Shown here: piece by piece, positions 27,454 through 37,168 of the stretch
How positions within the stretch are numbered: the stretch's first letter is position 1
Layout of the letters: every line of letters starts with the position of its first letter
NCBI GenBank assembly: GCA_050250895.1
Contig: JBFWNU010000002.1
Location: 439,659-503,658 of the forward strand
DNA from: Vulcanimicrobiota bacterium
Lineage (GTDB): Bacteria; Vulcanimicrobiota; Xenobia; Xenobiales; JADMJV01
DNA length: 64,000 nucleotides
Direction: 5' to 3'
Notes under the pieces: generated by a model
Databases searched by the model: none
What the model was told of the DNA's origin: nothing
The model's input: only the letters and a program-made list of their open reading frames with translations
Program-made: the position numbers and the translations under genes

Positions 27454-28264
27454 CGAAGAAGGCTTTGGGATACATCGGGTGGCCGAACACCCGCACTTCC
27501 CAATGCAAGTGGGGGGCAAAGCCCCCGGTGCCGCCCACCGTGCCGATCTTCTGACCACGCTTGACCTTCTGGCCCTCGCGCACGGCGATCGAATTCATGT
27601 GAAAGTAGCTGCTGCCCACGCCGAGACCGTGGCTGAGCACAACCGTGTTGCCATTGACGATGCCCCGGGCCGTGTGCAGCACCACTCCGTCAGCCGGGGC
27701 CAGCACCGCTTCGCCTTCCCAGCCGGCTAGGTCCAGGCCTTTGTGCCAGCTCTTCTTCCAGCCGTTATAGGTGCGGCGCAGGCCGTAGCCGGTGCTCTCG
27801 GGAGCCTCGACCGGGTAGTGGAACTGGCCGTGCCAGCGCTGTTCGGGGTCAAAAGGCTTGAGGGCTTCGAGGATGGCCTCGTCGTCGGCCTTGTTCTGGG
27901 GATTGTCGTAGTTCGCCAGGGTCGATTCTGGCAGCGTGATGCTCTGCGAGCCGTAGTTGCGACTCTTGACCGGGATGGTGCGAGACAGGGTCTGGCCGTC
28001 GCCCAGGCGCACTACCAGCTCATGTTTGCCGGGTTTGAGATCGCGGGGCACGGGCAGAACCGTGCGCAGTTGGCCCTGATCGTCGCCCTCGGTCAGGTCG
28101 AACTCTTCGTCGGCCCACTCGATGGTGGCGCTCGCCCCGGGTTCGGCCGTGACGGTTACGAACAGTGGCCAGCCCTGTTCGGCGTTGCCCATGAGCGATA
28201 GGGTCGGCTCGGCCAGGGCAGGGGAGAAGAGCAGTAACAGCAAGAGCAAGGTTGATTTCGACAC
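27431..28264 (-). CDS. M23 metallopeptidase with signal peptide
   Basis: HKGLD, YFHM, PHLHWE; signal peptide ending ALA. Confidence 0.9.
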   Translation of the reverse strand: MSKSTLLLLLLLFSPALAEPTLSLMGNAEQGWPLFVTVTAEPGASATIEWADEEFDLTEGDDQGQLRTVLPVPRDLKPGKHELVVRLGDGQTLSRTIPVKSRNYGSQSITLPESTLANYDNPQNKADDEAILEALKPFDPEQRWHGQFHYPVEAPESTGYGLRRTYNGWKKSWHKGLDLAGWEGEAVLAPADGVVLHTARGIVNGNTVVLSHGLGVGSSYFHMNSIAVREGQKVKRGQKIGTVGGTGGFAPHLHWEVRVFGHPMYPKAFFVIPKAWL

Positions 28265-28300
28265 GCCTCGAGCTTCTGGGCGGGTCGGGCTTTTCCTCGC
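28252..28300. repeat. 49-bp direct repeat, copy A (M23 promoter + first codons)
   Basis: TTGATTTCGACACGCCTCGAGCTTCTGGGCGGGTCGGGCTTTTCCTCGC; 46/49 identical to 34337-34385. Confidence 0.9.
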
Positions 28301-28309
28301 TGGACGGCT

Positions 28310-28951
28310 TCAGCCCTCGAGTTGTCGCAGTCGCTCTTCGAGCGCTTGAAGTCGGTGTTGGGCCTCGGCCAGGGCCGCATCGCCCTCAGCCAGGGACTCT
28401 TCGCGGGTTGCGAGCAGGGTGCCGTCGGGTCGGGCCAGGCGCAACTCGTCGTTGACCACCGCCAGTTCCAGGCCGATCGTCTCGAGAACCAGTTTGCCGA
28501 CCACCGGAACGTAGTCTTCACCATTCCATCGCAGCAGTCGCAGGCGAGGCTCCAGATACTCCTGGCGGGGGTCAAAGAGCACGTACTCCCGCACGCCCAG
28601 CGTCGCGTAGAGGCGCCGTTTCTTGCCCATGTCCTCTTTTCGCGTCGAGGCCGAGGTGATCTCGAAGACGAGGTCGGGAGCTTTGCCTTCGCGCCAGAGG
28701 AGGTAATGCTTCCGCCGGCGCTTCTCGACGCCCTGGACCACCATGACATCGGGCGAAAGATGCTTTCGCTTGTTGCCTTCTTCATAGAAGAGCAAGAGGT
28801 CGCCGGTCACATACACCTGGGGATCGTCGCGGAAGTAGTCGGACAGGGTCTGGATGAGGGCGATCATCTGGTCTCGATGCTCGTCGGTCTCACCCATCGG
28901 TTTGCCGTCGCTGGTGGGGTATTCGAGGTCTTCGGGATGGATGTCTAGCAT
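28310..28951 (-). CDS. Uma2 family endonuclease
   Basis: SDGKPM.E...H, SPDVMV, PDLVFEITS, LGVREY.LFDP, coiled tail. Confidence 0.9.
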   Translation of the reverse strand: MLDIHPEDLEYPTSDGKPMGETDEHRDQMIALIQTLSDYFRDDPQVYVTGDLLLFYEEGNKRKHLSPDVMVVQGVEKRRRKHYLLWREGKAPDLVFEITSASTRKEDMGKKRRLYATLGVREYVLFDPRQEYLEPRLRLLRWNGEDYVPVVGKLVLETIGLELAVVNDELRLARPDGTLLATREESLAEGDAALAEAQHRLQALEERLRQLEG

Positions 28952-29457
28952 AGCGCTTCCTCGTTGTGGCTGTTCTCATCCTACCACAGTAGCCGGAGGA
29001 TGGCGAAAGAATCAGGTCTCTGAAGCGATCGAGTTGCGAACTTCTGGCCGGATGCTAGTGTCCGGCGAGTAGGCGTTCGCCGGTCACGAATTCGCGGCGA
29101 CGGAGACCCTGGCCGGTTTGCTGGGCATGGGTGCCTGCCCGGCCAGTTCGCGCAGGCGGGTTGGGGGTCGACTCTGGCTTTGAGGGCCTCGAGCACGGTG
29201 CGGTCAAAGTCGTTCATTCGGGGTCGATAAAGCGCCGAATGCAGGGAAAGGTGACGGCGAGCGCTCGAAAGCGGTGAGTGGGGTCTGTCATCGCGTTGCC
29301 AACAACCAGAGAACGACTATCGGAGAGTTCCTCTTTCAACTTCGCAAGTAGAAAGGATGGACTCAGAAGGAACTGGCGGAAGCCCTGAGAGTCTTCCTGC
29401 GCTCGGTGGTGACCTGCCAGAGGCTTCAGAGCCTCGCTTCGGGAAAGCTGGGATAGC

Positions 29458-29652
29458 ATGATGACCAAGCAAGATTTCATGAGGCTCGTCGAGTCTCTGC
29501 CGGAGGATACTCCCTTTGAGCAACTCGCGGCAGAACTCGAGAAGATTCGATTCAAGGCGGAGATCAACGCCTCGATCGCAGAGTTGAATCGAGGCGAGGG
29601 CATCCCCCACGAAGAGGTGGAACACCGTCTCGCAAAATGGCTCGAAGACTAA
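29458..29652 (+). CDS. Putative antitoxin of a RelE/ParE pair
   Basis: 64 aa, LPED...GEGIPHEEV; overlaps the toxin start. Confidence 0.7.
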   Translation: MMTKQDFMRLVESLPEDTPFEQLAAELEKIRFKAEINASIAELNRGEGIPHEEVEHRLAKWLED

Positions 29653-29920
29653 CCTGGTCGCCCAGGGCACTAGCGATGCTCGAGGCGATCTGCGACTACA
29701 TTGCCATCGACAACCCTGCAGCAGCCAAGAAAGTGGCCACCGAGATCGTTGCCCATGTCCGTTCCCTGAGATGGCTGCCTGGTATGGGTCGGATCGTGCC
29801 CGAGTATCGAGACCCAGCATCCGTGAAAAGATCTACGCGGCCCAGTTTCGAATCGTCTATCGCCTGATGGGCCTCAGGAGGATGTCTTTCGTGGCACTCA
29901 GGAACTGCCGGATACGCCGG
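29637..29920 (+). pseudogene. RelE/ParE toxin, frameshifted
   Basis: WSPRA..L..I.DYIA.DNP.AA...GRIVPEY; the expected continuation SIREKIY..QFRIVYRL lies in another frame after ~29813. Confidence 0.75.
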
Positions 29921-30417
29921 AGTTCTAGCCCGAACTGAAACGTAGCCGGGGCGCCGGCTCGTCCTTAACCTTAAGGCGCGATAGCCGGCGCCGCGAGAGG
30001 TGGCCGCAGCTGCAACGGAGGGTTCAGGTCGCCGGGCCTGGACCGGCGGCGGGCGCGCCTCTCGCACCACGTTGAACACGATAGAGGCGCGCGCGAAAGG
30101 GACCCGCATGAAGGCCGGCAGAAACCGCCCAACCGAGGACCGCCCTTGTTTCTGCCGGCCGTGGCCCCCGGAGGGGGACGGGGGGCGAACCTGCCCTGGC
30201 CAGCTCGGCCGCGGCCACCACACTTGTCACTTGTCACACAAGATTGCTCGCGAAATTTTCGTCGGCGGCGATGGGGGCTGCGCCTTCGCTTTTGGCCACC
30301 AGGCGCAGCCCCACTGAGCCGCCGGCCCCAGCCCGCCCAACGGCCACGACGGCCGCCCTTCACCGACAATTTGAAAGGCCCAAGCCCCGGCTAAGCCGAG
30401 TCTTGGGCCTGGGTCTT

Positions 30418-30588
30418 GGCGCTACCGTTCCGCGCGCAGTTCTATCAGGTTCGACGTGGTCTGAGAACTGCGCCCGAGCGCCTTTCAGCGACGGTCACGC
30501 CCTTCTCCGTTGCAGTCCTTGCTCACGTCCCGCGGCGCTGGCGAGCGCCCTTTCGTGAAAGGGCGCGCCGGCGCCCCGGTGGCGTTTC
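30418..30588. repeat. Structured ~172-bp repeat R, copy 1
   Basis: Close match to 40342-40515; hairpins GCGCAGTTCT/AGAACTGCGC (30434-30473) and GCGCCCTTTC-GT-GAAAGGGCGC (30545-30566). Confidence 0.9.
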
Positions 30589-30597
30589 AGTCCTCGG

Positions 30598-31080
30598 TCA
30601 TGAGCTAGAAGCTTTCTTTGAATCTGCCAATGCGCCATCCAGGATACGTTCCAGGCGCGCGTTCTTGAATCGCCGCCCTTCGCATTCCCCCTGGAATGCC
30701 TCCAATACATGCCGAAAGGCCGGCCTGCCAAGGCAGGAGCGATGGACCATCTTATAGTTAAACTTGTAGAGAGGTGACTCTCTTTCGGTAGTTAAAAGAC
30801 CTAGGCCGAGGGTATCGTCGGGGGTTTCAATTCTTCGCTTGCACAAATCGCAAAGATATTGCCCTGGCTCCGGACGTGCCTCTTCCCAATTGCGAAGGAC
30901 CTCTAGGATTGAAGCCCCCTCAACGTGTCTTGTCAGGCACGCTTGGTGAAAGAAGCGTTCATTGAATCTATAGAGGGCTTCTCGTTCATTTGCAACGATG
31001 TTCGCGAAACCAATAGGCTCTTCGTCAATCTGCTCTTCGCATAGCGCGCATTTGGTGACACCTTCGATAAAGATTCCCAT
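30598..31080 (-). CDS. Putative immunity protein with two CxxC...HxxC motifs
   Basis: Abuts the toxin-tip stop; lower GC; CALC...HQAC, CDLC...HRSC. Confidence 0.65.
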   Translation of the reverse strand: MGIFIEGVTKCALCEEQIDEEPIGFANIVANEREALYRFNERFFHQACLTRHVEGASILEVLRNWEEARPEPGQYLCDLCKRRIETPDDTLGLGLLTTERESPLYKFNYKMVHRSCLGRPAFRHVLEAFQGECEGRRFKNARLERILDGALADSKKASSS

Positions 31081-31443
31081 CTATGGTTTTCTCCAGAATT
31101 TTGTGAATTCACCATGTTCGAGTAACCAGGAACTCTTCTGGCCAAGTCTGTCGAGAACCGCAAAGTCCCCAGGAGAAGGCCCAGTAGGCGGCAGGCTGTA
31201 TGGATGGGTATGTCCCACCCAAGTCTTTATCTCGTCAATAATTGATCCGATCTTGATTCCGTCACGTCCGCCGCTAAACATCTGCAACGTCCCATCCTTC
31301 ATTCTGAAAACGGAGTGCTCGACATCGTTCATGTAGGTCAAACGTTTTGCAGTATCTACGAGTTCGTCGAGGGATTGACCTGTTGCGTCCATGACGAACC
31401 TAGCTTCGCGAAGATCCTTCCCGCAGTTGCCAGCTCGTATCAC
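31081..31443 (-). CDS. JAB/MPN-like toxin tip, out of frame with the upstream Rhs core
   Basis: EH...HTHP...PSPGD motif. Confidence 0.6.
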   Translation of the reverse strand: MIRAGNCGKDLREARFVMDATGQSLDELVDTAKRLTYMNDVEHSVFRMKDGTLQMFSGGRDGIKIGSIIDEIKTWVGHTHPYSLPPTGPSPGDFAVLDRLGQKSSWLLEHGEFTKFWRKP

Positions 31444-32690
31444 TAGCCCCCGACTTCGGCGGAACGAGCCGCTCTAGCTCCACGTGCTAGATTGACTCCC
31501 CCAGGGATGACGCTGATTGCGGCCCCGAGTCCTGTCAGCAGACCCGGAGCACCGACAAAGTCCGCTACAGCCATGGCTTCGCCTACGACAGGCAGAAAAC
31601 CTAAGCCAAAGACCGCGGCTGCCTTTTGCCCCTGGACATACTGCTCCGCGCTTGGTTGATCAGCCCACGGGATGACCATCTCACCGGCATCTCGACCAGG
31701 AATCAGTCCTGAAGGGTCCACGAATTCGACCGGTTTGTTGCCCGCATAGGCATACCGATTCAAATTCGCCACTTTGTCCTTGCTCAAGAACCTGGCCAAG
31801 GTCGGATCGTAGTGCCGCTGCCGCATGTAGAGCAACCCGGTGTCGGCCGTGTCGTCGTGGACGCCAAGCCCACCCACGTAGGTCTTCGGGCTATCCGAGT
31901 CGGAACTCGGGTCCTTCACCCCCCACTCGTCGTGGAGGAAGTTGGAAGTCGCCCCGTTCGAGGCCTTAACCATCACCCGCACCGAGGACAGCCCATCGGT
32001 TAGAAAGTAGAAGTAGTCGCTGCCCTTCTGGAAGCCCAGCAACTGGTGCCCCATCAGGTAGCTGAAGGCGTCGGAGCCGTCGACCTCAGAGACGGTAGGC
32101 AAGCCGGAGTAGAAGCTCTTGAGCTTCACTCCGTCATCGCGCACCTTCTTCTTACGCAGGTTGCCGGAATCGTAGACGTTGACGGTGGTTCCATCGGGCT
32201 TTTCGACGGCCGCCAGGCGGTCGAAGTCGTCCCAGAAGTAGTTGGTCGTCGCTGGCGTACCGCTCGGGTCGAGAACCCGGGCGATCATGTTGCCATCATT
32301 GTCGTGGCTAAACGACTCCACCAGAGCCGGCGAGCCCATGCCGATCGTGACCGAGCGGGAAGAAAGCTGGTCGGCGTTGTCATAGGCAAAGGTATGCAGC
32401 TCGGGAGTCATCAGGTCTTGCATGTCCACGCTGATGCGGTTGTCGGACTCATCGTAGCCATACAATCGCACCACCGAAGTGCTGCCAAGGTTGGCGCCTT
32501 TCTCGACCTGCACCAGGCGGTCCAGCCAATCGTAGTTGTATTTCCAGGCCACCGCGTTGGCCGTGTTGGCCGGCGTATCGACCATGGTGATGCGGTTGCC
32601 GCTATCGTCGTAGGTATACTCGAAGCTGTGGATCCTCGAGCCATCCAGATGGTAGAAGAGCCGCAACAAGTTGCCATTCTCGTCCCATCC
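31443..32690 (-). pseudogene. N-terminally truncated Rhs/YD-repeat protein (core end + pre-toxin region)
   Basis: YTYDDSGNR, YDWLDRL, TGLLYMRQRHYDP...RFLSKD, NRYAY...VDPSGL. Confidence 0.85.
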
Positions 32691-32782
32691 CGGCTCGGTG
32701 GCCGCACCGGGCGGTTTCGTTAAAGATACGGTCGGCCTCGCTGGTTCGCTCGATCGTCAGCCGGCCGCTACCTCAGGAGCGA

Positions 32783-33913
32783 CTATCGCTCGAATTGCCG
32801 GCCCTGGCGGTCCCAGAAGCTCAAGCCGTCGGGCGCCGTGCCACGGATGAAGAGAAAGCCATCGTGCACGTTGCGATGGCAGCCCGTGCACAGGAAGATG
32901 AGATTGGCCGGAACGGTCAGGCCGCCCAGGGCGAAGAAGCGGATGTGGTGGGATTGAAGCCAGATATGGTTTGGGCAGTCGGGGGTCTGGCAGCAGTAGC
33001 AGTCACGAATCTTTAGGGCTTCCGTCTGGGCGGGCGTGAGCCCGCGGGCGTCAGGGTTGAACTTCAGCTTCGGCGAGACCTCCCAGTGGGGCTCGGCGCG
33101 ACAGGCCAGTTCGACGTCCGGATTGCCAGGGCACTTCTCGCCGTCGACGGCGGTGGTAGCCATGAAGAACTCGTCCCCCGGGGGACGAACGCCCAGCTCT
33201 TGAGCCAGTTCGTGGGCCTTGCGGATGGGTCCGGCCAGCTTGCGCTGCTGCGAGGCGGCCACCGCGGCGGCTTTGGCGCGAAGTTCCTCGAGGTCTTTCT
33301 CGGTCACGGGCGCGACTTGCAAGCGTTGGGCCAGCATTAGCGCCAGGGCCTCTTTGAGTTCGACCTTGCGCCCTAGCTCGAGCGAGAGAGAATGCAAGAC
33401 TAGCTTGAGTAGCTCGCTCGTCTCGGGGTCGAGGTGCAAAGTGATCTCTTCACTCTCGACCTCGGAGGGCGGCCGCTCGCCGGGCAGGCCGCCTTTAGGA
33501 GTGGCGGCCACCAGGCGCCGGATGACCGAGGTGGAATACAGCGAGGCCAATTCGAGCCACACCAGCTCGGTCTCAGGAGTGGCCTTGCTGACGATTTCAC
33601 GCAGCTTGGCCCAACCGATGTCGCCCCGCTCGGCTGACGCGGTGATTTGTGGCAGGTCTTCGAGCTGGCGGGCCACGCGACGACAGGCGTTGGCCTCTTT
33701 CTTGGTGATCCCCAGCAGGCGGATAGCATAGTGGATGGGGCCACTGCAGCCAAAGTCCTGATAGCGACCGGTGGCTTGAAGGGCCAACAGGCAGCGGCCG
33801 AGCAAGATACGGTGGATGACCAGGCCGAAGGAAGCGCGGCGGGCCATGTGGTGGAGGGCCTCGGGTTCGAGGGCGATGAGAGCTTCGCGGGTGTGTTCTT
33901 GAAGAGGTTTCAT
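32783..33913 (-). CDS. HNH endonuclease with long N-terminal helical (DUF222-like) region, copy 1
   Basis: RDCYCCQTPDC...HHI...GG.T.PANL..LCTGCHRNVH; TAAAAT-N6-ATG promoter. Confidence 0.85.
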   Translation of the reverse strand: MKPLQEHTREALIALEPEALHHMARRASFGLVIHRILLGRCLLALQATGRYQDFGCSGPIHYAIRLLGITKKEANACRRVARQLEDLPQITASAERGDIGWAKLREIVSKATPETELVWLELASLYSTSVIRRLVAATPKGGLPGERPPSEVESEEITLHLDPETSELLKLVLHSLSLELGRKVELKEALALMLAQRLQVAPVTEKDLEELRAKAAAVAASQQRKLAGPIRKAHELAQELGVRPPGDEFFMATTAVDGEKCPGNPDVELACRAEPHWEVSPKLKFNPDARGLTPAQTEALKIRDCYCCQTPDCPNHIWLQSHHIRFFALGGLTVPANLIFLCTGCHRNVHDGFLFIRGTAPDGLSFWDRQGRQFER

Positions 33914-34160
33914 ACGCCTATTTTACCGAGGCGAGGGCCGTTCGAGCAAAAGATCGAACAGGCTTGAATGGCTTGGTTATAGGGTTTTTTGGCCTTCGAG
34001 AAGATGATGTCCGGGCTTTGTAAGGGGCTCGGCGACTCGAATGTCAAAATCTTGTTTTGAGCCTCGCTGAAGAGGCCTCAGGTGGATCTATGGAGCTGTT
34101 TGGGAGCGAGGTCGTCTTATCGGCCTGGTGGCCGACTTGGAAAGTTTTTTTGAAAAAAAA

Positions 34161-34347
34161 CCGGGGGACGAACGCCCAGCTCTTGAGCCAGTTCGTGGGC
34201 CTTGCGGATGGGTCCGGCCAGCTTGCGCTGCTGCGAGGCGGCCACCGCGGCGGCTTTGGCGCGAAGTTCCTCGAGGTCTTTCTCGGTCACGGGCGCGACT
34301 TGCAAGCGTTGGGCCAGCATTAGCGCCAGGGCCTCTTTGAGTTCGAC
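34161..34347 (-). pseudogene. Internal fragment of HNH copy 1 (187-bp duplicate of 33178-33364)
   Basis: Apparently identical sequence at offset +983. Confidence 0.9.
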
Positions 34348-34385
34348 ACGCCCCGAGCTTCTGGGCGGGTCAGGCTTTTCCTCGC
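34337..34385. repeat. 49-bp direct repeat, copy B
   Basis: TTGAGTTCGACACGCCCCGAGCTTCTGGGCGGGTCAGGCTTTTCCTCGC. Confidence 0.9.
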
Positions 34386-34431
34386 GCGCGCCGTTCGACC
34401 GAAGGGCGCGACACCGCCCCGGTGGCGTTTC
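34386..34431. repeat. Structured repeat R, partial copy 2 (right-hand ~45 bp)
   Basis: CGCGCCGTTCG-AC-CGAAGGGCGCG...CGCCCCGGTGGCGTTTC. Confidence 0.7.
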
Positions 34432-35278
34432 AATTCGCGAAACGAACTACCCCGAGAGCGTAACCCTTCGCTTTGATGCTCTCGAGTAATTGCCGCACTT
34501 TCTGAGAAACCAGAACCAGTGGCGCTGGCATTAATATTCCGCTACGCCTCCCGAGCAATTCGCTGGTTGTAACGAAGTCGGAGCCATCCCAGTCCTGCCT
34601 ACGAACAAATAGTTCCGAATGGCGGTTCAGGCCAAGCACATGACCGGCTCTTCCGACCGGGCAACGATCCCGATAATCTGAATCTCCCTCAAAAAGACTA
34701 CCCCCAACAACCGTTGGGGGGGCTATCGAAACTGTACGGGCTGTATACTTTGGCTGAAACCAAGCGATTCTCTTTCCATTCTTCGCCAGGATCGGCTCAA
34801 AATCGACCCCGGTCACACCGGCAGTTTCCAAGACCTTCACCAACGCCTCCGAAAAGATTCTCTCCGAAGACATCGAACTCGTCATCACCCTCTTTTTTGG
34901 AATGGAACTAGGCCGAAGATAGAGCGGACCTATTTGGCTCCGCCCTGCTCCACAAACATCACAAGAGGTCGACTCATCATATTTTGTACCACATTCCTCG
35001 CCTGTGGGCTCAAAGGCATCCCATACGGTTAGAAGGAGGAGGGACGCTGCGCTAAGCTCCGCCTTGGTGTATCGATAGGAAATGTCCCAGCCAGAAAACA
35101 GGTGGTCCCCCCGACTGCGTAGCTCTTGCTGGAGCGATCTTATCGTTGGGAGGCGCGGGTCATCATGCGAGACCTGAATCACTCTGACTGGAATCGGGTC
35201 TAAAGACTTCCCCTCGTTGGGCAAAAATACCCGATGTGCGGGCGCTTCTTTGACTCGTAGCTCGTAGATTTGCTTCAA
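34430..35278 (-). CDS. Putative immunity protein (CxxCG-containing)
   Basis: Lower GC; 4-nt overlap with the upstream toxin remnant; SCDVCG. Confidence 0.65.
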   Translation of the reverse strand: MKQIYELRVKEAPAHRVFLPNEGKSLDPIPVRVIQVSHDDPRLPTIRSLQQELRSRGDHLFSGWDISYRYTKAELSAASLLLLTVWDAFEPTGEECGTKYDESTSCDVCGAGRSQIGPLYLRPSSIPKKRVMTSSMSSERIFSEALVKVLETAGVTGVDFEPILAKNGKRIAWFQPKYTARTVSIAPPTVVGGSLFEGDSDYRDRCPVGRAGHVLGLNRHSELFVRRQDWDGSDFVTTSELLGRRSGILMPAPLVLVSQKVRQLLESIKAKGYALGVVRFAN

Positions 35279-35640
35279 TATCTTGGTCCTATCGCGTCTC
35301 TAGGATGAGTTAGGTGAGGCGCGGCTTCCATCCACACTCTGTGCTTCGCGTCGCGGCGGACAAGCGGATACCTTTCGAAGGTTTCGTCTATTGCTTCTTG
35401 AACCTCCTGCAACGTGCGCCGAGGGGGGGCGCCGCTTGCGAAACCGGGTTTCCCCTTTGATAGCTCGTGATAGGCTGATGGTATGCAGAATCCAATGGGA
35501 CGGGTTCCCCCGCGGGTTTGTCCCATCCGGGTCCACACAGGTCAACGGATTGTTTCCGCAGTAGGCATCCAGGTTCATGCCGCCGCTGTAACCGATGGGA
35601 TCGCGCACCAGAAGCGCGGGTCTGGACCGGCGCGCCCAGC
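35275..35640 (-). pseudogene. Degraded Rhs core end + toxin tip remnant
   Basis: RDPIGYSGGMNLDAYCGNNPLTCVDPDG followed by frameshifted sequence. Confidence 0.75.
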
Positions 35641-35651
35641 TGGGTGCGGCG

Positions 35652-36060
35652 GGAGTGGCGGCCACCAGGCGCCGGATGACCGAGGTGGAATACAGCGAGG
35701 CCAATTCGAGCCACACCAGCTCGGTCTCAGGAGTGGCCTTGCTGACGATTTCACGCAGCTTGGCCCAACCGATGTCGCCCCGCTCGGCTGCCGCGGTGAT
35801 TTGTGGCAGGTCTTCGAGCTGGCGGGCCACGCGACGACAGGTGTTGGCCTCTTTCTTGGTGATTTCCTAGCAGGCGGATGGCATAGTGGATAGGGCCACT
35901 CCAGCCAAAGTCCTGATAGCGACCGGTGGCTTGAAGGGCCAGCAGGCAGCGGCCCAGGATGACGCGATGAATGACCAGGCCGCTGCTGCCGCGACGGGTC
36001 ATGTGGTGGAGGGCCTCGGGTTCGAGGGCGATGAGAGAGGTTTCATACGCCTATTTTACC
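35652..36060 (-). pseudogene. Degraded 5' part of the HNH gene including its promoter (paralog of 33498-33927)
   Basis: High similarity with indels; same TAAAAT-aggcgt-ATG. Confidence 0.88.
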
Positions 36061-36342
36061 TCAGTGCGCGCGCCAGCCTGGCAAGCCGGCTGCACCGAGG
36101 TATGGCCGAGCGACGGAGAAGTCCCCCGGCCGTTCGCGGCTCAGAGGCTGGCCACCCCGGTTCTTGCCTAGTCGAACATCTGTCCAAGCTCCGCAAGCAA
36201 GGCATCTTACAACCAGCGAATGCGCTGGTGTGCCTACAGGCAGGAGTTCTAGAGGAGACGAGCCGCATTCCGGACACTTAAGCTCGGCCTCTAGATTCTC
36301 CTCAAGTTTTGCCAAGGTCTTCACCCACAGTTTGGTATTCAT
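36061..36342 (-). CDS. Small zinc-ribbon protein, possible orphan immunity protein
   Basis: CPECG...CLACG; same strand and context as the other modules. Confidence 0.5.
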   Translation of the reverse strand: MNTKLWVKTLAKLEENLEAELKCPECGSSPLELLPVGTPAHSLVVRCLACGAWTDVRLGKNRGGQPLSRERPGDFSVARPYLGAAGLPGWRAH

Positions 36343-36466
36343 CTCGAGAAGAATGCCTTATCTGCGTTTCTGCAAAACGTGTAAGTCGCCTTCGCCTCTA
36401 ATGAAGCCAGGTCTCGCCGCAATCCGGTGGAGCTGGACCGAGCCCCGATGACCGACCCGCTGGTCG

Positions 36467-37096
36467 CTAGCTCCTCGCCCCTGTGAGTGCGGCATAGCTG
36501 TTCATCAAGTTGCGATAGTTGGGAATGTGAGCCGAAAACAGCGATCCCAGCCCTTCAATGTCGTTACGCCAATCGCGGTGGAGTTCACAGGCCATGGCAA
36601 ACCAGGTGAGCAACTGAACCCCCGCAGCCTGCATTCTGAGCCAGGCGCTTTCCCGGGTTACCTCGCTGAAGGTCCCGCTGGCGTCGGTAATGACGAAGAC
36701 CTCGTATCCGGCCTCGATGGCCGAAAGAGCCGGAAAGGCTACGCAAACCTCCGTGACTACGCCGGCGATGATGAGTTGTTTCTTGCCTGTGGCCTCGACC
36801 GCGTTCAGGAAGTCTTGATTGTCCCAAGCATTGATCTGTCCTGGTCGAGCGATGTAGGGCGCATCGGAGAACATTTCCTTCAGCTCCGGAACCAGGGGAC
36901 CGTTGGGGCCTTGCTCAAAACTCGTGGTAAGAATCGTGGGAAGCCCGAAATATTTGCCGCAGGCCGCCAGAGCCAGGACACTGTTTTTGAACTCGCTGGG
37001 CGAAAAATCTTGCACGAGCGAAATGAGACCGGTCTGGTGGTCCACCAGCAAGAGGGCAGCGTCGTCTTTGTCGAGTTTGCGATACCTGATAGTCAT
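36467..37096 (-). CDS. ycaC: YcaC-like isochorismatase-family hydrolase
   Basis: LLVDHQTGL, TTSFE.GPNGP, RPGQINAWDN, GVVTEVCV, ELHRDWR. Confidence 0.88.
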   Translation of the reverse strand: MTIRYRKLDKDDAALLLVDHQTGLISLVQDFSPSEFKNSVLALAACGKYFGLPTILTTSFEQGPNGPLVPELKEMFSDAPYIARPGQINAWDNQDFLNAVEATGKKQLIIAGVVTEVCVAFPALSAIEAGYEVFVITDASGTFSEVTRESAWLRMQAAGVQLLTWFAMACELHRDWRNDIEGLGSLFSAHIPNYRNLMNSYAALTGARS

Positions 37097-37168
37097 GATG
37101 GAATCCCTTTCCTCAGGAGAATACTTAGAGTCTATGCTCTCACTCACCCTTCTGGGAAGTGACCAGAA

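Noticed and set aside
28981-29420. Short ORFs between Uma2 and the TA pair
   Set aside because: Possibly gene remnants, but no recognisable motif
29970-30416. GC-rich stretch with faint HNH-like words (AREIFVGGDGGCAF), a CACTTGT repeat and a hairpin at 30376-30410
   Set aside because: Similarity too weak to call a decayed HNH gene without a search
35300-35830. 176-aa HNH-Rhs fusion ORF as a real protein
   Set aside because: Chance in-frame junction of two decayed fragments; upstream part frameshifted
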